64,000 nucleotides of DNA from Candidatus Krumholzibacteriota bacterium (lineage in GTDB: Bacteria > Krumholzibacteriota > Krumholzibacteriia > JAJRXK01). Each line of letters starts with the position of its first letter. Within the stretch, counting starts at the first letter, position 1. The position numbers and the translations under genes are program-made. The stretch lies in the NCBI GenBank assembly GCA_963764625.1, contig CAVXTH010000007.1, forward strand, positions 160,001 to 224,000, read 5' to 3'. Below are positions 18,635 through 27,683 of this stretch, piece by piece. The notes below the pieces were generated by a model, which did not search any database, was not told the origin of the DNA, and saw only the letters and a program-made list of their open reading frames with translations.

Positions 18635-18677
18635 GTTATTCCTTTCATAACAGATGGTTCGTTATTCTTTCCATAAC
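18635..18677. promoter_or_regulatory. Tandem palindromes GTTAT-N7-ATAAC (candidate NorR enhancer sites)
   Basis: GTTATTCCTTTCATAAC (18635-18651) and GTTATTCTTTCCATAAC (18661-18677). Confidence 0.6.
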
Positions 18678-18715
18678 ATACTTTCTAAGTCCTTGTCATC
18701 AAAGAAGTTTTTTGG

Positions 18716-18732
18716 CTGGCATCGAAGCTGCA
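18716..18732 (+). promoter_or_regulatory. sigma54 -24/-12 promoter for ric
   Basis: CTGGCATCGAAGCTGCA, with exact GG-N10-GC spacing, ~30 nt upstream of ric. Confidence 0.8.
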
Positions 18733-18760
18733 ATCTCGCTTCCACAAGGAGGAGATTATC

Positions 18761-19423
18761 ATGGAGAGTATCCACACGAATCTGGCGCAACTGGCCATCC
18801 AAAACCCCGCCGCGTCGCGGGTCTTCCACAGCCGGGGGCTGGACTACTGCTGCGGCGGTCAGCGTTCCCTGGAGGAAGCCTGCGGCGAGCGCGGCCTCGA
18901 CCCGGCCGAGATCCTCGAGGAGATCGGCCGCCAATCGCGCACTGCGGTGGAGGGGGATCAGTGGACGAACCGTCCGTTGCACGAGCTGACCGATTTCATC
19001 GTGAACCGTTACCACGCGGCTCTACGGCGCGAGCTTCCCGAACTCATTGCCTTGGCGGAAAAGGTCGAACGGCGGCACGCCGAGAAAGAGAGCCGTCCCG
19101 CCGGTCTGACGACTCATCTGCGGATGATCCACGCAGCGATGCTGGATCACATGCAGAAGGAAGAGCAAATCCTCTTTCCGCTCATCGATGCCGGTAGCGG
19201 AAACCAAGCCGCTGGCCCGGTTCAGGTCATGGAGAGCGAACATCGCGAGCATGCCGTCAACCTGCAACGCACCCGCGAGCTCACTCACGATTTCTTGCCT
19301 CCAGAAGAGGCCTGTACGAGCTGGCGGGCACTCTATCTGCGACTCAATGAGCTCGAAGCGGAACTCATGGAGCACATTCATCTCGAGAACAACATTCTCT
19401 TTCCTCGAGCACTGTGCGAATGA
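18761..19423 (+). CDS. ric: Iron-sulfur cluster repair di-iron protein Ric/YtfE
   Basis: AAGGAGG RBS; GLDYCCGG, YHAALRRELP, HMQKEEQILFP, MESEH, HIHLENNILFP. Confidence 0.93.
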   Translation: MESIHTNLAQLAIQNPAASRVFHSRGLDYCCGGQRSLEEACGERGLDPAEILEEIGRQSRTAVEGDQWTNRPLHELTDFIVNRYHAALRRELPELIALAEKVERRHAEKESRPAGLTTHLRMIHAAMLDHMQKEEQILFPLIDAGSGNQAAGPVQVMESEHREHAVNLQRTRELTHDFLPPEEACTSWRALYLRLNELEAELMEHIHLENNILFPRALCE

Positions 19424-19437
19424 CAGGAGGTTTCGCA

Positions 19438-19838
19438 GTGTGCGGTCATGGGAAATACTGGTGGGGTTTGGGAGTGACGCTGGTCGTTGCGTTCACAATC
19501 CTCGGGTTCTTCGGTCGGGAGGTCTATCGCAAAGCTCCGCCGCTTCCGGAAAAGGTCGTGTCGGCGGATGGCGTTGTGCTCATGACGCGTGCAGACATCC
19601 TCGATGGGCAGCAGGCCTGGCAGAGTTTGGGCGGCCAACAGATGGGCTCGATCTGGGGACACGGCGCCTATCAGGCGCCGAGCAGGCCATCTACCGCGAC
19701 CGTTTGCTTCACGAGATGCGCCGAAACACCCTCGATCCCGCGACCGGTACGCTGGTGCTCAGTGACGCGCGAGTCGAAGCCATTGGCAAGGTCGCGGCTC
19801 ATTATCGCGCACTCTTTGGTGGCGATCCTTCTTCCTGA
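19438..19838 (+). pseudogene. norB: Truncated quinol-dependent nitric oxide reductase (qNor/NorB) remnant
   Basis: EVYRKAPPLP...GQQAWQSLGGQQMGSIWGHGAYQAP, then a frame jump to EQAIYRDRL..EMRRNT...HYRALFGGDP and a stop. The catalytic TM domain is absent. Confidence 0.8.
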
Positions 19839-19986
19839 GCGGAGTCGCTTCCCTCGCCTGGTTCTTTCTTGGACTTCTCACCGGACACAGCTACTTGCTT
19901 GTAAGTGAGCGGTCGAAGATCAAAGCCACGCGGGTATGGATCCGAGCTTCGGGGAGTGTGACCAGAGCATGATGTGAAAGGGGACT

Positions 19987-20457
19987 TTACCTGTTCTCGA
20001 AATACCTCCGCAACATCATCAACTGTCCAAAGTGATACGAGTTGTGTTTGATCAAGAGGATCCCTTCGCGCAGGAGCGTCTGTCCACTCCCATGCGTGAA
20101 GGGCTTCTCGAGATCGTTCGACGGGTCCGCGAGCAAACTCACCATATTCTCCAAATCCCTTTGGAAGGCCTCGATGCTCTGCGACCAAGCAGCTTCATTC
20201 TTGGGCGCTGTATCCTTGGGCCAGTAGCCCTCCGGCCAGGGAGGGGATTTGTGCTCGGGGTCGGTCGAGAACTTCAGGATGTCCTCCTGCGCCAGACGTA
20301 GATGCTCGAGCAAGTGCCATGCGGAATGGGAGAAGCCATCAGGTACGCTTCCGCGGTGTTCTTGCGGAAAATCCTCGAGGATCTCCTTCAACATGGGGTG
20401 GGCGTTGGAGGCCTTGAGCATCGTGGTGAGTTGTTCGCGGACCGCGTCGTTCGCCAT
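19987..20457 (-). CDS. DinB-family protein
   Basis: HSAWHLLEHLRLAQEDIL, WPEGYWP, HNSYHFGQL. Confidence 0.85.
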   Translation of the reverse strand: MANDAVREQLTTMLKASNAHPMLKEILEDFPQEHRGSVPDGFSHSAWHLLEHLRLAQEDILKFSTDPEHKSPPWPEGYWPKDTAPKNEAAWSQSIEAFQRDLENMVSLLADPSNDLEKPFTHGSGQTLLREGILLIKHNSYHFGQLMMLRRYFENR

Positions 20458-20473
20458 GGGGACTCCTCGGATC

Positions 20474-20953
20474 CTAGAATTGACCCTTCAGCATGCCCCA
20501 ACTGCTACGGGGCACCGCAACCGCGCCGGCATCCATACCATCACAGTCCTGGTCGATTCCGTCGCCAGGGATGTCGAGCGCGGCAGGGTTGATCGTAAAA
20601 TCAGAGTCGTCGCAATCACCCCCACCGAAGATCGTACCGAACTCGTTGCAGCTAAAGTCTGCGCTCAAAACCGTGCTGGAGTCAGAGCCCCAGCCATCCG
20701 CGTCTAGATCTTCGTAGCAGAGTTCGAACCCATCGCAGTCTTCGTCGATTCCGTCGCTGAGGAATTTCAACCGCTCCTGGATATAATGGAGTTAGTTGTC
20801 ATCGCAGTCATCGCCGCCGCAGGCAACCGAGATGTGACCGTCACCATCAAGATCCTCCGGACACTGGGCCCGCGCGGTGACGTTTCCGACAAGCAGACTG
20901 GATGCAAGGATGAGAGAAAACAGGTAAGAGACATGACTTAGCCTTGTTCTCAT
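20474..20953 (-). CDS. Small secreted Asp/Cys-rich protein with MopE-like putative metal-binding repeats (frame broken near 20765-20795) and a SWGMLKGQF tail
   Basis: Signal peptide; DLDGDG...DCDD...PGAVEIP.DGIDEDCDG repeated twice; the two ORF-track pieces join if small indels are corrected. Confidence 0.7.
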
Positions 20954-21254
20954 AGAGAGACCTCGTGAATTGCGGGGGAATGAGGAACTCCAACAGCGCG
21001 GTAGGGGAGCCAGGCGCACAAGTAATAGGCGCTCGCCTGGGACCGAGCGTCGGGGCCGAACGGAGTATACACCGAATGGCGGTTCCGTGAGAGAACTTTC
21101 GAAAGGCTCCTCTAATTCTCATCTCCCACCTCAGTGGATGTCGCTCCACTGAAGGTTCAGAGTAAACGGATCGCCACTGGCGTGGTTGCGATGAGCGAAG
21201 CGAGTCAAGCACAAGCATGCTTGGCACAACTGTACTCGCTTTCCTCTTATTCCA

Positions 21255-22208
21255 ATGGTGGTCAGATCAATAAAGCGCACTCATTCATCGGTATTTCCTG
21301 GTTTCACCCTCGCGTTTTTGTCATCGCTGGTGCTCTTCCTCGCTTGCTCCGCGCGTTGCGCAGTCGCGGATACCATCCAAGTCGCAAAGGATGGGTCGGG
21401 TGATTACTCGACTCTGCAAGAGGCGGTTGCGGCCTCCAGCGAGGGTGATCGCATCGAAGTAGGTCCGGGCACCTACAGCGAGGCCGGAGTGGAGGAAGCA
21501 GGGGTTCAGGTGACCCACAGTCTGGAGATCGTCGCGACATCGGGTCCCGAAGTTACGATCATCGACGGCGAGACCGTTCGACGTGGCTTTCTCTTTAGGG
21601 GCATACAGACGAGCCTCGTGCAGGGCTTCACTTTCCTCAACTGCTACCACAATGACATCGGCTCGGGGATTACGGTCACCGAAGGCGCGCACCTCGAGGT
21701 CGAAGGCTGTTCCTTCGAGCAAAATATGGCGGGTTATCAAGGAGGTGCGGTTCACGTACGTCAATCTGGATCGAGTTTACAGATCCGAGACTCCCAGTTC
21801 ACCGAGAATACATCCTACATAGGAGGAGCAGGTACCTCCATCCAAGGGGGGAGCCTCTCCTTTGAAAACTGCCTGTTCGAAAAGAACGTGGGCACCGAGA
21901 TCTACGGTACGCTGGCAACGAATGCGGCGTACCTTGGTGTCACGGGGTGCACCTTCATCGAAAACAGCGGGCCGAGTGGTACCTGCGTCAACTACTATGA
22001 GGCGGATGGCAAGGTCTTGGGGAACACCTTCTACAGGAATTCGGTCGGGATCGCGAGTGTGAGAGTCGATGCTCCGACCAAGAGAATCCTCGTGGCTAGA
22101 AATATCTTCTACGGTGAACAGCAAGGTTACGGCTTGGTGGAATACGGTGGGGTGGACGAGAGCTGCAATCTCTACTACCAGAACGCGAAGGGCAGCAATC
22201 TGAGCTGA
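21255..22208 (+). CDS. Secreted right-handed parallel beta-helix (pectin-lyase-like) protein; probably the 5' part of one gene with 22211..23473
   Basis: Signal peptide; TIQVAKDGSGDYSTLQEAV...IEVGPGTYSE; repeated CxFxxN..GG turns. Confidence 0.8.
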   Translation: MVVRSIKRTHSSVFPGFTLAFLSSLVLFLACSARCAVADTIQVAKDGSGDYSTLQEAVAASSEGDRIEVGPGTYSEAGVEEAGVQVTHSLEIVATSGPEVTIIDGETVRRGFLFRGIQTSLVQGFTFLNCYHNDIGSGITVTEGAHLEVEGCSFEQNMAGYQGGAVHVRQSGSSLQIRDSQFTENTSYIGGAGTSIQGGSLSFENCLFEKNVGTEIYGTLATNAAYLGVTGCTFIENSGPSGTCVNYYEADGKVLGNTFYRNSVGIASVRVDAPTKRILVARNIFYGEQQGYGLVEYGGVDESCNLYYQNAKGSNLS

Positions 22209-22210
22209 TC

Positions 22211-23473
22211 ATGTCGGCAGATAGTGCGGGAGGTACTTTTGGAGAAGAAGTCGCGACCACGGTGAGCCTGCGTTTGGCGGATGCAGATGCACCCGTCGTG
22301 TCTTCGATTGGAGGCCTGGACTTCGTTCTGCTGTGGAACCCCATCGTCGCTACCTTCGTCAGAGTTGAACCCACCGAGGAGACGGCAAACTGGCAGATTG
22401 CCAACGATGCCACTCACGCCCCGTATGGGGAACTTCACGTCTCCATGGCTGGTCTCGATGGTTTCGACGTGGGTCCGGAGAAAGTGAATGCCTTGCGGAT
22501 AGTCTTCGAGTTCAACTCGGACGGAGGTTATACCTCGCTGGACCTGACTCAGACGAAGGTTTTTACGACTGAACCAGCTCCCGTTTCTCATGGTACCGAA
22601 GCAGGTACGCTCACGGAAGGTTGTGAGAAGGGTGACGTCTATCCCGACGGCAGCATCGACTCGGCGGACGCCATCCTGGCATTGAAGATTGCGATTGGAC
22701 TGGTCCAGGCCACTCCAGCGCAACTCTGTGCCGCCGACATGAACGATGACGGAAAGGTCGATGTCGGCGATGCCGTGCTGATACTCCGTACGGCCGTTGG
22801 TTCGCTCAAAACGGACTTGGCAAAGTCGAGCACACTTGCGAGCAGTGTCGAATTGAACCCGAGTTCGGAGGGGGCGACGCTGAATCTCTCAGGAATTGCC
22901 GGCTTCGATGCCGAGTTGATCTACGCTCCAACCAAGATCCACTTTGTGGCCGGTAGCTCTCAAAGTGGGCTCGTGATCGTCAATGATGAGCAGGAAGGGC
23001 TGATTCAGGTGGCCTACGCTGCAAGCTCCGAGAATGACGCTGCCGTCAATCTGCACTTCGAGTCCTTGAATGGGGGAGGGTTGCTCACCCTTCAGCAGGT
23101 GTGGGGTTGCGATCTCGGAGGACAAAGCGTGGGTCTGAGCAACGACGAGCAGAGCGTGTTCGTTTCGTTGACCGCAACCTCGACGCCAAGTAGCTCTCGA
23201 AAAGCGGAGCTGCTGGGCATCTATCCCAATCCCTTCAACCCGCAGACGGTAATCAAATTCCGTCTCGATGCGCATGAATCAGATCTGAGGATCTATGATA
23301 CGGCGGGTCATCGGGTGAAGAGCTTTGATCTATCGCATCTCGGGTCCGGTGAGCATAGCATTCGTTGGTTCGGAAGGGATGAGGCGGGGCGTACGGTTGC
23401 GAGTGGCGTGTACTACGTCAGACTGCAGACTTCTCATGGGGCAGAAGTGCTCAGGGCCGTGCTCCTGAAGTAG
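22211..23473 (+). CDS. Cohesin-like + dockerin + cohesin-like + FlgD/T9SS-type C-terminal domain
   Basis: Dockerin duplicate GDVYPDGSIDSADAILAL / ADMNDDGKVDVGDAVLILR; cohesin-like IGGLDFVLLWNP and IAGFDAELIYAP; PNPFNP domain; no signal peptide of its own. Confidence 0.75.
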   Translation: MSADSAGGTFGEEVATTVSLRLADADAPVVSSIGGLDFVLLWNPIVATFVRVEPTEETANWQIANDATHAPYGELHVSMAGLDGFDVGPEKVNALRIVFEFNSDGGYTSLDLTQTKVFTTEPAPVSHGTEAGTLTEGCEKGDVYPDGSIDSADAILALKIAIGLVQATPAQLCAADMNDDGKVDVGDAVLILRTAVGSLKTDLAKSSTLASSVELNPSSEGATLNLSGIAGFDAELIYAPTKIHFVAGSSQSGLVIVNDEQEGLIQVAYAASSENDAAVNLHFESLNGGGLLTLQQVWGCDLGGQSVGLSNDEQSVFVSLTATSTPSSSRKAELLGIYPNPFNPQTVIKFRLDAHESDLRIYDTAGHRVKSFDLSHLGSGEHSIRWFGRDEAGRTVASGVYYVRLQTSHGAEVLRAVLLK

Positions 23474-23491
23474 GCGAGAGGCTCATTCGAA

Positions 23492-23513
23492 GGGGCTCCC
23501 CCGGGGGAGCCCC
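23492..23513. terminator. Hairpin between convergent genes
   Basis: GGGGCTCCC-CCGG-GGGAGCCCC. Confidence 0.6.
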
Positions 23514-23518
23514 ATTCC

Positions 23519-26308
23519 TCAGCGATATCCGAAGAGCACCGAGTAGAGAATGAGCCCGATGAGGATCGTCCCCAGGGTGAGCGCGGTGAACCCGAGGATC
23601 TTCACCGCCAGCATACGTCGGCGTGAAATGCTGGTGGTTTCCACGTAGCGCTTCAGTCCACCAAGATCCTTCAAATCCGCCACCGCACGAGGACGATCCT
23701 TCTTGTACTCCTCGTAGGGCACGACGCCAGTGAAGATCACGGTATCCATGGGGAACGCCTCGGGCCTCAGATGAGTATTGAAGAAGTGGATGGTGAAAAT
23801 GAAACCAACCGCGAGCAACGCCTCGTCGCTGTGGATGATGGTGGCGACGTTGATGAGCCAGCCGGGGAGGAACTTCGTGAAGAGCTCGGGTAGCCAAAGC
23901 ATCAGCCCCGAGAGACCGATGACTGCGATTCCCCAGAACACCGCCAGATAGTCGAACTTCTCCCAGTAGGTCCAACGTCCGTACTCCGGTCGCGGACCCT
24001 TGCCCCAGAACCACTTCACCGAGGCGATGAACTCGTGGAAGTCCCGGCGATTGAACATGAGCGAGTTGGGCCCGAAGATCAGATCCTTGAGCGAGACCTT
24101 GCGCTTTCTCTTGAAGAGCGCGAGGGAGGCAAGGTGGAAGGCGAAGTATCCGAAGGTGATCACCGCAGCTGTGCGGTGGATCAGACCTGCATTACGCACT
24201 CCACCGAGCATCGCGGAGAGTCTGACTGCCCAGGGCATGCCCGAGAACTTCAACATCATCCCCGTGAGCGCGAGGGTCAGGAAGCTGATGATGACGAAGA
24301 TGTGCGTATACTGCTGGGGCTTCGTGAAGCGGCGTACGTAGTGACGGGTACGTCCTTCTTCCACCGCCTTGCGTCTGCGCTCTCGCATGCTCTTGAACGA
24401 GCGTGGGAGCCACATCAAAGTGTGAATGCCGAAGAACGAGAACACGCCCACCAGAAGGAGCGTCATTGACCAGTAGGTGTAATACAACACCGGATACCGC
24501 ACCGGATCGTGGTGTGTGGCATGGGTGAGGTAACCGGTGAACCGCCGATTCGCATCCGCGTGACACTTCCGGCAGGTGGTCACGATGTTTCGGAAGGCGA
24601 CCGAGGATGCCGGATCGTTGACGCTCAGAATGAGATGCGCGCCATGGCAATCAGAACACTTCGCGGACTTCAAGAAGCCCAACTGATAGGCCTTTCCGTG
24701 CATCGTCTTCAGATAGGTCTTGGCCAGCTCCTCGTGACACGAGCCGCACTGCTGGGTCACTTGCCGCATGAACTCGTCCTGTTGGGTCGATTCGATGCGG
24801 TGCGAAGTGTGGCAACGCGCGCAGGTGGGGACCTTCTTTTCATCTTTGGGGTCGGAAGAGTAGTGAATGCTCTTGATGAACTCTTTGTAGATCCCCCGGT
24901 GACAGTTTGCGCATGTCGCAGGCAGGTTTCGCGGATAAACCTTGGAGCGATTGTCCGAGGCGGGGAGAATCAAGTGGCTGCCGTGGCAATCGATGCAGAT
25001 GGCGCTGGGAAGAAGGCCCTTTTCCGTCAACGCGCGCCCGTGGACGCTCTTGGAGTAGTCGTTGAACGCGGATTTTTCCGTGAGATCAGCGGCGGTATTG
25101 GCAGCTCCTCCTTTGGTGTGACACTTGCCGCATAGTGCCGGCACGTTCGAGCGGAAAGTCAGCGATCGTTCGTCGTTGTGGCGATACGCGTTGTGGGTTC
25201 CATGACAATCGGTACAGTAGGGAGCTTCTTTCACTCCGGAAGCCCAGTCCTTGCCGTGACCGCTCTCGAAATACTCCTCGGAGATCTTCGAGTGGCAGGC
25301 CGAACAGTCCACTCTACCCGACGGCTCGCAGGGCCGGTGCAGGCGCGGATCGATATCAGAATGGCACTTCACGCAGGGAATCGTGGTGTGGGCGGAATCC
25401 TGCAGCACCTTGGAATCAACGTACATCGAGAGCGTGTCGCCGCTGGCGGAGACCGAGTGCAATGTGTGGTCAGCGTGACAACGTAGGCACTCCCGATCGG
25501 AGACCGTCATCGCAACGGTTTCCTTGCGGGTCAGGTGCGGTCGGTGACAGTCCGTGCACGACGGAATCGCGCCGGGCTTCTGTTCCCAGAGCTCACCCCG
25601 AATGACCTTGGCATGCACCTTTTCGATCTGTGCATGACACTTCATACAGGTCTTGGCTATGTTGCGTGGCGAGATGGTCGCGTTCGGATCGGTATGCGGG
25701 AGAATCCGGTGGCTACCGTGGCAGTCGTTGCAGGTCGCGGTGACGATGAGCCCCTTTTTGAACAGCCCTTCACCGTGGATGCTCTGACTGTAGTTCTCGA
25801 GAATGTTGGTTTGACCGATCTTGTAGGTGCTCGCGACGGGCGCACCCTCTTTGTGGCAACGGCCGCATGTGAGGGGGATGTTGGTTTTGTAGACCTTCGA
25901 CTTTGGGTCTCTGGGGGAACGAATGTCGTGAATCCCGTGACAGTCGGGGCAGTCGGGCGCATAGGGCAGGCCGCCGCTCAGGGCCTGACCATGGATACTC
26001 GAATCGAAGTCGAGCTGCTCGTCGTCGTGGCAGTTGCCGCAGCGGACCTTGGCCAGCCGTTCGGGGTGGTCCTCGCTGGCGTCCTCATGACAGTCGGTGC
26101 ACGAGAGATCAGCGTGAACCGACGCGGCGAACGCTTTGGCGTTCACGTAGAGCGAGAAGGTGGTGCCCTGCCGTTCCGTGGAGAAATCGGGGTCGTCATG
26201 GCACATCAGGCAGGTCTCGTTGTCGGTCTGGGCCCGCACGGAACCCGTCACCAACAGCCCTCCCACCAGCATCAGCCAGAAGAGCACTCGCTTTGATCCT
26301 CGATCCAT
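23519..26308 (-). CDS. Multiheme (19 CXXCH) cytochrome c fused to a cytochrome b membrane domain (CbcL-like quinol:cytochrome c oxidoreductase)
   Basis: Signal peptide, 19 CXXCH motifs counted, then a TM domain with [42 protein letters not shown]. Confidence 0.9.
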   Translation of the reverse strand: MDRGSKRVLFWLMLVGGLLVTGSVRAQTDNETCLMCHDDPDFSTERQGTTFSLYVNAKAFAASVHADLSCTDCHEDASEDHPERLAKVRCGNCHDDEQLDFDSSIHGQALSGGLPYAPDCPDCHGIHDIRSPRDPKSKVYKTNIPLTCGRCHKEGAPVASTYKIGQTNILENYSQSIHGEGLFKKGLIVTATCNDCHGSHRILPHTDPNATISPRNIAKTCMKCHAQIEKVHAKVIRGELWEQKPGAIPSCTDCHRPHLTRKETVAMTVSDRECLRCHADHTLHSVSASGDTLSMYVDSKVLQDSAHTTIPCVKCHSDIDPRLHRPCEPSGRVDCSACHSKISEEYFESGHGKDWASGVKEAPYCTDCHGTHNAYRHNDERSLTFRSNVPALCGKCHTKGGAANTAADLTEKSAFNDYSKSVHGRALTEKGLLPSAICIDCHGSHLILPASDNRSKVYPRNLPATCANCHRGIYKEFIKSIHYSSDPKDEKKVPTCARCHTSHRIESTQQDEFMRQVTQQCGSCHEELAKTYLKTMHGKAYQLGFLKSAKCSDCHGAHLILSVNDPASSVAFRNIVTTCRKCHADANRRFTGYLTHATHHDPVRYPVLYYTYWSMTLLLVGVFSFFGIHTLMWLPRSFKSMRERRRKAVEEGRTRHYVRRFTKPQQYTHIFVIISFLTLALTGMMLKFSGMPWAVRLSAMLGGVRNAGLIHRTAAVITFGYFAFHLASLALFKRKRKVSLKDLIFGPNSLMFNRRDFHEFIASVKWFWGKGPRPEYGRWTYWEKFDYLAVFWGIAVIGLSGLMLWLPELFTKFLPGWLINVATIIHSDEALLAVGFIFTIHFFNTHLRPEAFPMDTVIFTGVVPYEEYKKDRPRAVADLKDLGGLKRYVETTSISRRRMLAVKILGFTALTLGTILIGLILYSVLFGYR

Positions 26309-26559
26309 GCCGCCACTCCGCTGGAACCCGGGAACTCCCGAACGAAAGCTCGATAACCAGGTCGAACAATTGTGATTTTGGGGGCCCTGTCAAGGTGAAG
26401 TGGAGTTCCCGTGCGATGGGACCATCCTGCGATTTCCCCCGATTCCGGGCCGAATCGGGCCATTTGCGAAATTCCCATGGACAGACGCGCGAGGGTGGAG
26501 AGAGGCTCATGGGGCCAGAGTGAATCCAGAGACTTCCTCGGACCAGGGAGGGCAAGTCG

Positions 26560-27084
26560 GTGCGCACGGTTCGATTTCTCCTAGTCTTGTCCAGTAGCAT
26601 CTTGCTCGTGGCGGTGGGATGCTCGCAGAGAACCCAGCCGTCCGAGGAGTTGGCGCACTACGCGCTGGACGACATGGATGGGGTGATCACTCAGACCGGC
26701 GTCGAGCTCGACAAGGCGGTGTCGAGCGATGCGGGCGGTTCCCTGCATCTGACGACGACCGATTCGACCACGGTGAGCCTTTTCGAGACGGGTGACCTGA
26801 AGGTGGAGGGCGCTAGGCTCATCTACTCGGCGAAGATCCGCACCCAGGACCTGGAGGGAAAGGCCTACCTGGAAATGTGGTGCCACTTCCCGGGAAAGGG
26901 CGAGTACTTCTCCCGTGGGCTCACCGATCCTCTGACCGGGAGCCAGGACTGGAGCTCCCAGGAGACCTCCTTCTTCCTGAAGAAGGGTCAGGATCCGGAC
27001 CAGGTGAAGCTCAACCTCGTGGTCACCGGGCCCGGTGAGGTGTGGATCGATGATCTACGGCTGGTGAAGGCTCCGCTTCCGTAG
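26560..27084 (+). CDS. Lipoprotein with CBM/galactose-binding-like fold (hypothetical)
   Basis: GGGAGG RBS, lipobox VAVGC, ends GPGEVWIDDLRL. Confidence 0.75.
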   Translation: MRTVRFLLVLSSSILLVAVGCSQRTQPSEELAHYALDDMDGVITQTGVELDKAVSSDAGGSLHLTTTDSTTVSLFETGDLKVEGARLIYSAKIRTQDLEGKAYLEMWCHFPGKGEYFSRGLTDPLTGSQDWSSQETSFFLKKGQDPDQVKLNLVVTGPGEVWIDDLRLVKAPLP

Positions 27085-27134
27085 GCGGACCTTGGCGGGG
27101 TCGGTCGAGCGAAACGGGAGCGCGGGCTCGCGAC

Positions 27135-27602
27135 TCAGTTCTTTAGCATCCCTTCTGGCATTTCAACGCACACGATTTCTCCCGTGGCGCAAACGACGCC
27201 CTCGGCGGAGAGTTCGGCGTCGATGACGACCTTTCGACCCTTGATTTCCTTGATCTTGCCGCGAATGACCAACTCCGGTCCCATGGGCGTCGGCTTCAGG
27301 TAGTTCACGTGGAGGGCGGCGGTCACGAAGCGGGGAATCCTCTCGCCCTCCGTCCCGCCCCGATGGCGGTGCATCGCGGCGGCGGCAGAGCCGGTGCCGT
27401 GGCAGTCGATGAGGGAAGCGATGAGCCCGCCGTACACGTACCCCACGATGGCGGTGTGATAGGGCTTGGGCTGGAAGGTGCAGACTGTTTCGTCGCCATC
27501 CCAGTAACTCTTGATCTGGTGACCATGCTCGTTCAGGGCACCGCAGCCGTAGCAGTGCTGGACATCCTCCGGGTAGAGGTCCTGGAATGCGACTCGCTCC
27601 AT
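27135..27602 (-). CDS. PaaI/hotdog-fold thioesterase
   Basis: CYGCG, VYGGLIASLIDCH, VTAALHVNYLKPTP. Confidence 0.85.
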   Translation of the reverse strand: MERVAFQDLYPEDVQHCYGCGALNEHGHQIKSYWDGDETVCTFQPKPYHTAIVGYVYGGLIASLIDCHGTGSAAAAMHRHRGGTEGERIPRFVTAALHVNYLKPTPMGPELVIRGKIKEIKGRKVVIDAELSAEGVVCATGEIVCVEMPEGMLKN

Positions 27603-27620
27603 ATCCGTGATTCCCTTCTG

Positions 27621-27657
27621 AGAAAAGAGAAAGCCCCCACCAAAGGAGGGGGCTTTC
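27621..27657 (-). terminator. Rho-independent terminator
   Basis: GAAAGCCCCC...GGGGGCTTTC stem, followed by TCTTTTCT on the minus strand. Confidence 0.75.
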
Positions 27658-27683
27658 CATTGTATCTCCCAGGCTCAACTAAG

